Shown here in pieces: positions 12,586 to 26,400 of a DNA stretch of 64,000 bases. Numbering within the stretch: position 1 is the first letter of the stretch; each line of letters begins with the position of its first letter. Source of the stretch: Antedon mediterranea (lineage: Eukaryota > Animalia > Echinodermata). The position numbers and the translations under genes were made by a program. Location of the stretch: the NCBI RefSeq assembly GCF_964355755.1, contig NC_092677.1, positions 19,986,101 through 20,050,100 on the forward strand. Direction: 5' to 3'. Below the pieces are notes generated by a model. The model saw nothing but the letters and a program-made list of their open reading frames with translations, was not told where the DNA came from and did no database searches.

Positions 12586-13879
12586 GTTTAAAATATGTTC
12601 TAAATAACTGTAGTAAGTGTAAATGTATCAAATGTTAGTATAGTAACCACATTTGTGCAATCTAAAAAGTCAGAAGCATTTAGATATTATAGTAGGAGTA
12701 TAAATGTTTGTTTTTCCTCACTTTAATCCTTTTGCAAAAAATATTGTATAAACATTATATTGCTTACCCACCCACTTTAGTCTAAATACAAGTGCTTATA
12801 ACTTTTATTTGAAACATAAACAATTTTTAAACTAGGTTTTTTTTTTTACATGATACAGTACTTTTCATTGTACTTCTCAAAAACGAAACAATTATTATTC
12901 ATTTTCATTCATAAATTAATATTAATAAGAACCAGTTTCCCTTTTAAGTTCTGACGTGGTATATAATATGTATGTATTAGTTTCAACCGGATGGACAAGT
13001 TTTGATAACCTGTATTTATTTGGAATAGTATCAATTTAGATTTTAATTACATGTTTTCAATTTATTGAAATAATGGAAATAATCTATAACAGTAAAGATC
13101 TGTTTCCTTGTAGTGAATGATTATGCATTTATTTATTTAGGCTACCAGGACCTTTCATTGACCTTGTTAAATTTTTATCCACAAAAATTGCATCAAAATA
13201 AATACATTTGTATAAATTTAATATATTTTACGTTTATAGATAACGTTTGGTACTGCGCTACCATATCCATTTTCAATCACTCAGAAAACCACATAGGCCC
13301 TAGATTAACAGTTTGTTGCACTTAAATTTAGTAAAATAAATATTCTCCATAATTAGCACAATTGTATGTTGTTTGCCCTGTTGTTTGAGTAAAGGAAGTC
13401 ATGCATGGTTTATCCTTTGCTAAAAAATAATCGATATTTACATTCACCGAAACAGGGAGGTCACTTCAAAATTGTTCCCACTATTGAACATTTTCTACAG
13501 CGCTACAGCTATAGCTATATTGGTCGGTTGGTTGGTTAGTTGGTAAACACTAACTTGAGCACGCAATTGCAGCCATGTATATGGCCTTGTTATTTATATA
13601 TCAGTGGTGGCGCCAGCGGAGAAGGGGAGTTAGGACAGAGTGACTGCTCACTGGCTTGTGAAAATTCTGTCCTATCTTTTAACACTAGCAGGTCTGAAAA
13701 TGGTCCAGAATTGGCACCGTGGTCCGAATTTTCACCAAAATTGGGCAGTGTTAATATTCAACCAAGCGAGTAGAGTCTTTAATACAGTAAAACGGCCTCC
13801 ACACATTATATTACAATAAATTGCGGTCCATCTATCCCATAAATTAAGTGCGCATGCGCAACCTAAATAGGTACCCTGG

Positions 13880-14035
13880 CGACTGAGATTTAGACTCTTC
13901 CTTGTTTAGGTGGTGAAGATAACAGATCGGATCTCATCTGTTTGGATGCTCATTAACGCATGATGCATATTTATGAGTTGTTAGCTAACCGTCGTTATTT
14001 AGGATTTTCTGAGCTGATGAGTTCGCAAAAATGGT
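13880..14035. repeat. Dispersed repeat; inverted copy at ~55515-55655
   Basis: Direct match to the reverse complement of the ~55520-55650 block (gcatatttatgagttgttagctaaccgtcgttatttagga). Confidence 0.75.
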
Positions 14036-15545
14036 AAACTTATTTGATTTTTTGTGAAATCAATATTTTTTTTAAATTTTTACGTCGTTTAGTAGTTTTA
14101 AAGTTTTAGCTCGAACTACGACTAAAGTCCGGTTTAAGAATACGGGCGTGAAATGATTTCTCTACCTAAAGATACGTAAATCCTGTGTGAAAGCATAGTC
14201 AAAAAAATTATTGACTATGATGAAAGTTACCTTAATTATTTGAAGATAATGTCAAATACGGCACTTATGGTCATTTGTTGGACAAACAATTTGGAAAAGA
14301 AAAAATTAACTCTCTACAACTAGCGGTTGGTGTTCTATGGGTAGGGCCTATATCCTATATTTTAACCATTAATTTGCATATTTCAGCTAATTTGCATGTT
14401 CCAAACAATGAGGTATGATTTGTGGAATTCCATCCCCTCATCATATGTGAAAGAATATAGAATAAAATGAAGTTTCTACCTATATTAGTTATGGAAATAC
14501 GTAAATCATGTGAAAATTACATATCCTTTAAAAATAAGGTCAGAGGTCAAAAACAGCATTTACAGTCATTTTTGGACAAAAAGTTCCACAAGAAGGAATA
14601 TAAATGTATACGTATGTAATGTATATTCTGAACAATTAAAAAAAAATCAACTCTCTACAATTACTGTAGCGGTTGGCGTTCTATGAGTACCCTATATTTT
14701 TACCCTTAATTTGCATATTTCAGCTAATTTGCATATGTTCCCAAGGTGTGATTTGTGGAATTTCATCTCCACATCATGTGTGTTCAATTTAAAAATTAAA
14801 AGCTTTGTTTGCAATTTGTTGTTTTTTCTTAAACTACATTTTTTCTCCATTTTTAATATGTTGTTCTGATAGGTCTTTTAGAGATATTTTACCACAAAAA
14901 CAAATTCTGTTCTAATTTTGTCTAGGTATACCCATTATTTTTGCTACATTGCCCGGTAGTAGGGTTTTATGATATGAAATATTGTGAAGTACATTATGTT
15001 AAAATTATGTTTTGTTATTTTTGGGGAATTTTTAATTTGTTGTTTTACGTAATTTTGGAATTATATTTACTTCTTTCTAATTATTAGGCCTACACCACCA
15101 AACATTCTTACCGCCACAAATCAAGACATTCAACCAAGTCAGTGTTCTCCAGTCGGAAATAATATTCACATACTTTGGCAGCTTTTATAAAACATGACAA
15201 CTATGAAATGCAGTATTATGTCCTATACCGTACCAAACATGGGGCGGAAAACTGACAAAATAATATTAATCAATAAACGTCCATTATTTTAATATATTTA
15301 CACAAAAAAAACAAAAACAAAGATACAGATTTTATATTAAAAATTAATATATTAACAAGATTCTGGTTTTTTTTTTGTGACTGCATGTTTTTGAAACATT
15401 CATTTTACAGTGAGCACTAATATTATTTGCGATGACTCTACAAATTTGTATTTAAAATTGCTTGCTTTTAGAATTAAATCAAAATAGACACTGAAATATA
15501 AAGAAGAATACAGTATGCCTATTAACTTTGTCTTCCTTATATATA

Positions 15546-16803
15546 CTAGAGGGTGAGCTCGCTTCGCTCGCTCCCCCTCTAGGAAGTGTAGACGATGGTT
15601 CTCGGAATGATAATGTTCTCCTTATACGTTTTCTGTCGGTTACCATTATTGAAAATGCTTGACATTCGTAAAACTAAACTACTTTGTTTCACAGTGTTTT
15701 AGATGATTAATAACATTTTAAAGTATAGTTTTTATTGTTTGGTAGGGCCCTTTGGGGAGGCGGAGGTCATTTGAGGGAGGTGCTTATTCGAGGGATATAT
15801 GTTAAATTTTTTAGTTTTAATAATATGGTAACATTTATAATCAAATGAAATCATCTAATACAGTAGATATGAAAAGTGGTAAAAAAGAATAACAAATGTG
15901 GGGGGGGGGGGGGGGGGGTTATTATTCAAAGTGATGTTTTATTGGAGAGGCGTTTATTCAAATGAATACCATCCTAATAATTATTAATACATTATTTAAT
16001 TTAATCATCTTTTGAAACTGCCGTAACAGAGTGGGCCCAAGAAAGAAGACATTACGGCTTGCAACATGGGCAGACATCTCAGTCCTAACGGGACACAGGA
16101 AGATAGCCTACAGTTATTCCTGCAAGCTTCCTCAATAAAACTCAGCTATCGGGATTTCACTTGAAAAATGTCTTATCATCAAATCTCCCTATGTAATTTT
16201 ATAATACTATTCCCCACAATATATTCTGATTCTTTATGACGTATATTTAATTTGATCTTTATTAATTTGCAGTATAATTTAACTACTGTACCTTCACACA
16301 CACGTGGTATGTTTTAAAATAAACAAAAAACTGAAATGGCTATGACTAATGGCCAACTTAAGCTGCACTCCTACTATCGGATTTTTTTTTCGTCTTCCAA
16401 AGGGACACTGTATTGATTGATGGAAAGTGCCTGTTTCCAGTCACCTTTAGGGTCAAATCTATTATTTTAACTGCTCCCTTGTGTTTAAAAGAGAGAAAAT
16501 ATTTGAAACCAGGTTGTTGTAAGGTGAACTTATCTTAAACCCGGAAATTACTTTGACCGGGAAGAATTGAAATTGAGAGGAAAATCTAATGTTGAAATCA
16601 TAAATGTTGTTAAAAAACTCTTTATAATATCTTCCTAAGATAAAAATATGGAACAATAGCGTCGGCGTGAACACTAATGTTATCCAATCTACGTTTCGCG
16701 GTACATCTCGGTTAGATAAGGTAGGTATCCAAGGCGGAGATTTGTACCGAAGTTTTTGCATTGTGCTCGCCTATGTCAGAATTAACCATAATTTATATAT
16801 AGA
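15546..16803 (-). mobile_element. Non-autonomous Helitron, apparently complete
   Basis: On -, 5' A|TC TATATATAAA and 3' hairpin + CTAG|T, i.e. inserted between A and T without TSD. Partial copies at 4850-4964, 10440-11071 and 51281-51693. Confidence 0.72.
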
Positions 16804-17458
16804 TGGTGTATAATGTACCTCTCGGCACTATACAGCCATGTACAGAGTTGTGTATACTGTATTACTATATTCCCTGTACTGTCTTTTTTATTTCAGAACC
16901 TTAAAATCATTATGAGATGGTTCCCGTCCATTGGACGGGTAGCTGGTAGTAAAATATATAATATAAATAACCGAAAATCTAATGATCAATTGTCACGGAG
17001 GGGAGTAATGGGAAGGTTTTAAACTAATCATGTGAAGGGGAGATATCTTAATTTCAATTTCTTTATTGCTGCAAACGCCATCAAGGGCTAATATCCACTT
17101 AAACATACTACATCAAACAACAAACATATACATATTTACATTTTAAATTGTTATCATTACTATAGTTATTATTGTCATTACTACTGCTGTTGTTATTATA
17201 ATAATTATTATTTATTATAATTGTTATAATTATAATTATTATTCTTATTATCATTATAATTAATATTGTGTAATAAATTATAGGTCACACCTTAAGGGCA
17301 GTCTTCTAGTTATTAATAAATAGTTAAACTTGTTTCGAAAGCCAGTCATTCCGTGTGCATATTTGGCAAAAATGTGGTGAACTCCTCTTAAACAAGCATC
17401 CCAACTACTACAGTTCACCAAATAAAAACTGTCCATTTCATGATCAGTGAGTTCCTTG

Positions 17459-17484
17459 TTATTTATTCAATGACATTCCCTCTG
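17459..17484 (-). CDS. Tentative terminal coding exon (AEGMSLNK*)
   Basis: Strong acceptor tcttgttttcttgtag| in the required phase 1, followed by a stop after 8 codons. No other support. Confidence 0.4.
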
Positions 17485-20400
17485 CTACAAGAAAACAAGA
17501 AAATGTAGTAATAATAATCATTACCACAAGGTTCAATTGTTGGACCATTAGGATTTATCTTGTATACATCTGCCATCGGTGATATCATTCGTAATCATAA
17601 CGCCCTTTTTCATGATACTGTATGCTGATGATGATATACAGTTGTATATAGAATCAACAACCCGAAAATAGTAAATAACTATCAAAATGCACTTAAACAT
17701 ATCAAAAATTAATGAATGGATGATTAATAATATGTTAACAGTTAAATCAGGAGAAAAGGTCCTTTTGCTTTGCAAATAATCGTGTCGCACTACCAGATCT
17801 TGAATTAAAATTAGATAACAATATTATTATTCGTACTTCAAATTGTATTAAAAACTTAGGTGTGATGTTTCATAGCTCATTGAATATGTCTTCTCAAGTA
17901 AATGCTTTATGCAAGTCATTGAATTACCAACTCCATAAATATATTACTAAGGATGCATGCCATAATGCTGTCAGTGGACTGATCCTGTCCCGCCTTCACT
18001 ATGCTAACTCGCTCTTGCTTGATGAGTGAAGTGAAGTGAAGTTGATCTTAACGATCAGAGTGAACAGAAATATGGGTCTTCTGAGTTGTTTGGCACAAAA
18101 AAATTCCAATACACCCAGTAGTTACCAAGTTACGCACAGTCCTAACTTTGACCATACTGACCGCTGTAACCAAGTATATCCCAATTTGTTTTCGGCCAAC
18201 AGCAAAAAATTGATTTGTATTGATATAAGGAAACAAAAAAAACATTGTTAACATAATTTGCTAGAGGGTGCAGGTGAACCCTTTCTGGCAATAAATAATA
18301 TTTTTGATTGTGGCTAATCAGCACTAATGGTCACTGGTTATAAAGAATGTGGCATTTATGAACAACTTACCTAATTGGTAGTCAACAATGTCATCTGAAT
18401 AAGCAGGTTCACTACTTCCTTCAAGGTTTTGAGCAACTACCTTTACATTGTACATTTTATTTTTCACCATGAACTGTTTGCTATCTCTTAACAAGTATCT
18501 AAAGAGATGAACATTTTTTTATTCAAAAGGTTAAATGATACTACCACATGAATGAGATATGCAATTTTGACAGTAGTGTGCAAGTTTTGGCTTTAATACC
18601 ATTTGTGATATTTAGTAAAAATGTATTGATCACTTTCATATAAAGTAAAAATCTATTTTTATCATGTAAGCCACAACCCATAAACAATTATGTAGTTGAA
18701 TACAGCCTACGACTAGTTAAAGCCTGTTTTCCTGTCGACGTTATTCTACGCTATCGTTAACAATAATCGGCAATCTTCTATGTAAACATTAAAAATGTTA
18801 ACGATTTACAGGAAAAGGTACTCGCTATCGTTATCATTTCAACTTGATCATTTTTCAAACGATCGTCGTTGAACTGTTAACGATCAACGACGATAGCGTC
18901 AACAGGAAAACAGGCTTAAACCATATTGAGATAAAAGACAGTTGTTTGTGGCTAAGAAAATGTGCTACGGTTGTGATATGCCGAATGGTAACTGCAATAA
19001 CACAGAAATGTAGCATCTTTCTTGTTTACATATTTATAAACAAATTTACATTGCTTCGCACAAGCATACACGAAAATCAGTCAGTTAAACTGATAATTAT
19101 GATTCTGCCACTTTAAAAAAATGTTGTTTGCAGATGATGTAGTACAGAGACAGAGTGTTGACAAAGTACAAGGCACTTAAATATAAGGAATCTCTAGACT
19201 AGAGAGTTGACCATTATGGTTCATTGGTTTAAATGTGTTTAGCAGTTACCATTACTGCTTGTACCGGTGAGTTGGCTTAACAAACCACTGCTTTTACTGG
19301 GACTGTAACACTGATCAAACTTGGTAAACAGTAACTAACTACATTGCTCCGTTTACCTTTTTATGTATGTGCGAATTTTATTGTAAAAAAAAAAAAAATA
19401 TAAATATGAATAAAAAAAATATACTTTACTCAGGAAGTCTATCACCCAAGCACAGAATACCAAATAAAGCGCTGGTCTTAAGTTTCTGCTTCTTCAATTG
19501 GGTTATTATCATGTTACGAAAGCACGATAAAATCTTATGTGAACGTACCTATTTTAATTGACTGTACTGTGCTGTTTAATGTGTAATCTAACAGTAGATG
19601 GTGTGAACATTCAAAAAGTGTGTTTTAGTTTACATGGAAGTGTTCAACTAATGTGAATATTTAATTAAGTGAAATTTTAAATATAGTACATTTCAATCAA
19701 AACTACCTACCCTGTAATTTCTTTTGGTACATCTACCAAGAGTGTCCATGGATTAAAAACATGTTCTTTAACATCTTTTACAAATAATTGGTAGCCAGTA
19801 GGTGCACTGTACTGCGGGTGTTTGCTTGCTGTCCATCTAATGAGTACTTTGTATTCCTGCTCCATTTTAAAGTCTGCTAGTTGTATGGTAACAGGTGAAG
19901 GTGGAGCAGGATATGCTAGTGAAGAAAAAAGTTAATATTTCAAAAGGTAAATTTCATGTAAGGATTACAATAAAGCTTCTCATAGTACATGTACTCTAAA
20001 AATATAAATAAAATGATTTGCAAATAAAATGATTTGCAAATCAACATTTTTTTCCATAACATTTTTATCTATTTTTTCCAATATGATTTTGTCAATGGAA
20101 TCCCCCTTTCTGGTTAACAAACAGCCATATGAATATCTCAACAACCATTGGTCAGAAAGTGACAATTCTAATGACCTTGAATTGACCTTGTGGTAGTGCA
20201 CTATAGTGTGTGACGGCGACCGACCCGATTATACAGGTTAAGAAGTAAGGAAGAAAAATATTGTCTAGGAGATTTATGACATTTAACTTGAAATAGGTTT
20301 GGAGACACTAAAAGGGCAGAAACAGAGAAATTAGTTAAGGCTGTGCAGTGTTTGAGGACAATGAGCCTCCCATTTATCTTCTGATTCTATTTTTATGAAG

Positions 20401-23400
20401 TAAAGTATAATTTGACAGCTGGTATGCTAGGCTAGGCAACCTATCTAAAAAAAATAGCCCAAAGTGAAGTAAATTGCAAACAGAGATTGTTCTTTTTTAA
20501 ATGGTCACATATGATGAGGAGATCAACATTTGAGCATCACACCTCTGTCACTCATCCCGATATATGATATGCAAATTAGCTTAAATATGTAAATTAGGGT
20601 GAAATTACAGGGTTACCATATCTCAAAAACTACTAGTCCAAGAGATTTGATTTATTCAAAATGTATATATTATAAAAATGACCAGAAGTACAACATTTGA
20701 CACTCGACCCCATTTCTCAATGTTTGCATATACAATGTGACTAAAATGTCTGTAGAGACTTTGCCCTTAAATGACCCAGATGTAGGTTCCTAATATAATA
20801 ATAATAATATATATATGCAAATTAGTACAAGTTAAATAAAAAATGCAAATAAGGGGGAAAATTACAGTTGTCCTATATCCAGAAAACCACTAATGCTAGA
20901 GAGTTGATTTTTTCACAGCTGTATTCAGAATGTACATATTTCTATTTGCTTCAATGAAACATTTTACAAAACAATTACCGGAAGTATGACATTTGACCCT
21001 CGACCCCATTTCTCAATATTGCATGGATAATGAAATTAAAATGTGTGTAGATACTTTGCTCTGCCCTCAAATGACTCACTTTTTCAAATAGCCAACATAC
21101 TGTTTAGTAAATCTCAAAATCAAACCTGTATCACTCACCTCAAAAGTATTCAAATTATTAGTACAAGTTACATGAAATATATGCAAATTAGGGGGAAATT
21201 ACAAGGTTAACATATCTCAAAAACTATTTATTTTTTCACTGAGTTATTCAATATGTATATATTAATATTTGCTCTAATAAAACATTTTAAGAAAAAATTA
21301 CCGGAAATATCAATGTTTGCATACATATTGCGACTAAAATGTCTGTAGAAACTTTGTTTTGGACTCAAATGATACACGTTTCCTATAGTCGGCATAGGAC
21401 CGCTTTGTAATTCCCAAAATGACATCTTTGACATACACCTTGCAAGTATGCAAATTAATAGTACAAATTACATGAAATATGCTAATAAGGGGGTGAAATT
21501 ACAGTCTTCCCATCAGTGGTGGCGCCAGCGGGGGGGCTACGGGGGCTCTAGCCCCCTCGTCGGGGAGCCTAGCCCCCCCGTCGGGGAACACGGGTACTTT
21601 TTGTCGGGGAATAATAATATACAGTAAAAAACGTTCGCGTTCACTTCATATAGCTTCAGCGCCTAGAAAACCACGACGTTCCATTGACCGTGAGAGTACG
21701 TCAGAGGGCTATTATGCACTTTTATGCATTTATTGCCAGCGATCTAACTTACTACTAAACATTAGCTAGGTACGCACTTGTCTGGCGGTATCCCTCAGTA
21801 CGAATCGTTCAACGTTGGGTCGAGACGCGTGATATCAAGTTCCATCCAGGGACCAAAATGTGTAATGTAGTTATTTTCCAGGCGAAGTTTACCGACGGTT
21901 ACCGAAGGGAACACGGGTACTTTTTGTCGGGGAATATAATATACAGTAAAAAGCGTTCGCGTTCACTTCGTAGCTAGCTTCAGCGCCTAGAAAACCGCGA
22001 CGTTTCATTGACCGTGAGAGTACGTCAGAGTGATATTATGCACTTTATATGCATTCATTATTGCCAGCGATCTAACTTACTACTAAACAATAGCTAGGTT
22101 CGCACTTGTCTGGCGGTATCCCTTTGTACGAATCGTTCAACGTTGGGTCGAGACGCGTGATATCATGTTCCATCCAGGGACCAAAATGTGTACTGTAGTT
22201 ATTTTCCAGGCGAAGTTTACTGACGGTTACATCGTGTACTGCGTCGACGTACGCTACACTACACCAAAAACGAATTATGTTAATTGTTCGTATGTTCACC
22301 AATTTTTTAAATTTACCAGTAACCTTCTGCACCTAAAATAAATTTTTCATCCATTACTAAACAAAAAGACATGCCATTTTCGCTTAGCCAACATCTTATT
22401 ATAGCTAAGTTATTACATTTTCAATGTCCTGTATGTCATGAATTTCTCACCACTCGGGAGTCCAGATGGTACGCACGCATACACTTGGGAGGAATAAACT
22501 TATTTCCCCGACTGAAAAAGGTCTACGCTTGCTTTTTTTAAGCCTCTAGGCCTGATTTTTCCGAAGTATAAAATGCAATTTTTTGAAGACCTGTAGCTCT
22601 AGTTTTAAACAGTTTCTTAGCTCAGCCCCAACAATAAAGCTGGTCATATTTCGAAGTACAAGAAGTGCATTTTCCGGGACCTAACATCTCTATTTTTCAA
22701 ACATTTCTTAGCTCAGTCACAACCTTGATAGGGACTTATATATTTTGTTTCATGTTTTGAAGTATAATAAGTTCAATTTCCGGGATCTCCAAAACTCTAT
22801 TTTTCTAAATTTTCTTTGAACTTTTATTTTTTAAATTGAAAAATATGGATTGAAACAGTCATCGCGCATCGTTTTTTTGCACGCAGTATTTTATTTATGC
22901 ATTATAAAAAATGGAAAAAATGGCTACCCTAAATCTGATTAAAATGACCTCAAATGACGCTAGAACGCGTTGCTTCCGGGGGCTTCGCCCCCTGGACCCC
23001 CACCGGGGGCCCTTGGCGGCCCCCTGGCCCCCCAGCCTAGTGATGCTCGCTTCGCTCGATAGCCCCCTCGTCGGGGAATGTAGCCCCCGCGTCGGGAAGA
23101 TCCTGGCGCCACCCCTGCTTCCCATATCTCGAAAACCATTAATGCTAGAGAGTTGATTTTTTCAAAGCCTTATTCAGAATGTACATATTTATATTCGCTC
23201 TAATGAAACATTTTACGCAAAAATTTGGTATGACATTTGACCCTCGACCCTATTTCTTAATATTTGCATAAAATGTCTGTACAGACTTTGTTTTGGCCTC
23301 AAATGATACAGGTACATTCTGAATAAGGCTTTGAAAAAATCAACTCTCAGCATTAATGATTTTGTCAATTACTATGCCGACTGAAATCGTATACAAACAT

Positions 23401-26400
23401 TGATAAATGGGGTTGAGGGTCAATTGGCGTGATTTTGAGATTTACTAACAATTTAAGTATTTTTTGCTTTAAATTACATTTTTTCAGGTAAAGAATTGTT
23501 TGGTTAACGTGAATAACTATTATGTGACAATAAAATGACACAGTCAAAAACAAATTTGAAATAAAAAATATTTTTCAGGGGGACAATATATCTTTTAAAA
23601 CTGTTACGTAAACAAGCGAGCAGCGTGTTTTGTAAGAAATGTTTCTTGTTTAATATATTTCTGTTTTATGTTACTAATACAATGTCTAATTATTTCCACA
23701 AATATTTTACTTTCATTTTGTTAAAATTGGGGGTGCATGCTATACTTAACTTAATATTCAGAATATGTAAAATCAAATAACCAAATTGTAGTTTTTTAAA
23801 TCCATTAATTAGTAAACAAAACAGCTGGGGTGGGGTAGGTTAATACTTCCAAGTGTCTAGATTTAGCTTAGTAATAGTAATTACACACTGCAGTACTCTT
23901 AATAACCCTGCTCTAAAAATAACCCGTATAAAAATACAATAAAAGAATAGTAATCCAGGGTTACTATTAGAAGCTTTCTGGTATGCCAATAATATCAGTA
24001 GCCACAAAATTCTAAACCGCCTAGTGAGATACTAAAAATTAATTTAAAACGATAAAGATGAGGAACTCGTAACCATGTTACACATACATAAAAACATTTT
24101 GATTAAAATAGATCGAAGTTCTGCATACTATGAGCTGCGGCCCAAATTTCGGCTGGGAAACATTTTTTAAGGGCCACGAAAAAAATGACTTGAGAAATTT
24201 AAAAACACAACAAATGTTTATCTGCTTGAAATTTTATATTAATTTGTTATATTTATTTGTAATCAACTCGCAATTCCATTTTTTTTCACGTTTTAATTGC
24301 AATGTAATGTAAAATCGTGTGACAAATGTGATGATGTGACACAGTGACATGCAAGGTGTGCGTTATAAATAAGTGGAAAACCTGGACTGAGATTAAATAT
24401 TACATGCCTCTGTATTCTTTTAACATGGACCAAAATATCAAGTAGTGAGCCCTCTCTCTCCGAATATAGTTTTCCTGGATACATTTTGCCAAGTACGATC
24501 ACTCAGAGTGCGTTCATTGATTATTTTCTTTTGTGCCTGTGCACTATACCTCAGACTGAGTAAGCTAACACTTTTTTTACTTAAATTATTAAAAGAATGC
24601 AATTGAGTACCTTTAGAATTTGAATAAACTAAAAATAACTTACGGTGTTTCAGAGTTTTTACAGTCACTACTTCCGAGTGTCCGCTGACCTTTGCTTGAT
24701 CCGTGTATTTTGATGTCATGCATATTTGGTAGTAGGTAAATGCATTCAAAAGCGGGATGGTTATGCGTGTTACATCATCATCCCTTGTTGGCATTTCTTG
24801 GAAATATGTTAGGTTGTATATATCATAAGGATAACCAGCTCCTTTCAGGTATAAGACGGCTTTATATGTTTGATCTACATCAATTAATGGCCTGTAATTT
24901 TACATGCATGTACAAAATGAATAATTAACTAGATTTAATTCGTCACTATGACGAATTATAGGTTATATGCATTGATTTAAATAAAGATAATTGATTGATT
25001 TAAGATATATTGATTGATTGATTTTCTCAGAATCGTTAGTTATTTATAATATATGATAGGATCTTGCTAACGCAAATACAATAGCCGGTATCATAATCCG
25101 ATCAAAGATCTTTCTGCGTATATAATGTCATAAACCACATTTGTGTTTTTATTTAGATTTCATTATAAATCATGTGTATAATCTATACACTAAGAAATAC
25201 ATTGAACAACCAATACGGATAATAAAAAAAATCTTATTTCGTTTGGTTTCCCAAGGTGAGACTCGAACTCGGTACTTGAATGCTATAGACACGAGCAAAG
25301 ACCACTGAGCCATACACAACTGACTAAAAGTTATGGAAAGATTCCTCCGTGTATTTACTATGCAGTAACCACTTTGGTGCAGATAGATTATTACATACCG
25401 CAATGAATTATAATGTTTTACTATGATGACATCTTAAAAAATTTAAAAAAATGATGCACTGTCAAACTATATACTTTTAACTTTAATATATGAACTTCTT
25501 AAGGAAGAAAGTTAATGTTAAGTTTGTTATTTTGGCCTAAGAAAATGTTATAATTTGTTTGTCGAAATTAATTTTGTTAAATTTAATATGCCATTAATGA
25601 TGACTTTATAATCAACTTTTGTTCTTCTAATTTCATAATAAATCATACATATGATACATACACTTCAAGAAAATTAAATAAAAAATAGGTGTTCCCGAGC
25701 ATTCTAACGATATATATTAATTTTAAAATGTAGCATATTTTCACCATTTTGTTAACTTACACGTGCGTAGCCTGTCACTTTTGACGTTCTCGTATAACGC
25801 TGTTTCGCGTTGAAAAGTGAATGAAATATGATGATATTATTAAAGAAAGGTTATACAACAGTAATCGGACAAAAACAGTGCGCATTAACGTTTGCGCGTG
25901 CAAAAATCTGCGCACTCATGGCAATTTTTTAAACGCTTAAAATTGCCTGAAACCTACTCTAATTTCATCGAAAATAAATTCTGACAATTTTCAACATTTT
26001 AAGCGCGCGTACGCATGCGTTATATGCGCTACGCACGTAATTGTATTGCCATATGATGAAATATGACCTGAAATTTATGAGTACCAAATTTTGTTTAAAA
26101 GTGATTCATGCTTGTGAAGATATGATTACAAACGTGATTTCGTTAAATCGCGCGTACACCGCGTAATGTTTGATTGCGCACCCTGAAAACATAACCACAT
26201 CGATTCCTGGCCATAAGGAATATACTCTGAAAAATTGACTTAGATAGATGAAACTGATATCAAGATAATTCACAGACAAAATAGTGCTAAGAAAAGAATA
26301 AATAAATAAATAAATAAATAAAGATTTTGACAGAATCAAGGTTATATGCATGATAATGCATATAACCTAATAAATTAAGTAGTGATCTAGTAGCATCAAA

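Noticed and set aside
15899-15918. Long G run as a functional G-quadruplex
   Set aside because: It is a homopolymer inside a decayed repeat, its length is unreliable, and there is no supporting context.
16462-16761. Duplicated ORF MQKL.YKSPPWIP... (also 51323-51565) as a paralogous gene pair
   Set aside because: Both lie in the 5' end of a non-autonomous Helitron, have no recognisable domain, and the frames end at different points.
17290-17460. Open stretch KELTDHEMDSFY... on - as a C-terminal extension by read-through or selenocysteine
   Set aside because: It is in a different frame from the phase-1 acceptor, has no domain similarity and no SECIS was seen; probably 3' UTR.
19430-19550. Extra exon between the two halves of FN3 domain 2
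   Set aside because: The required phase hits a TGA, and exons 19711-19915 and 18371-18498 already join into a complete FN3 domain.
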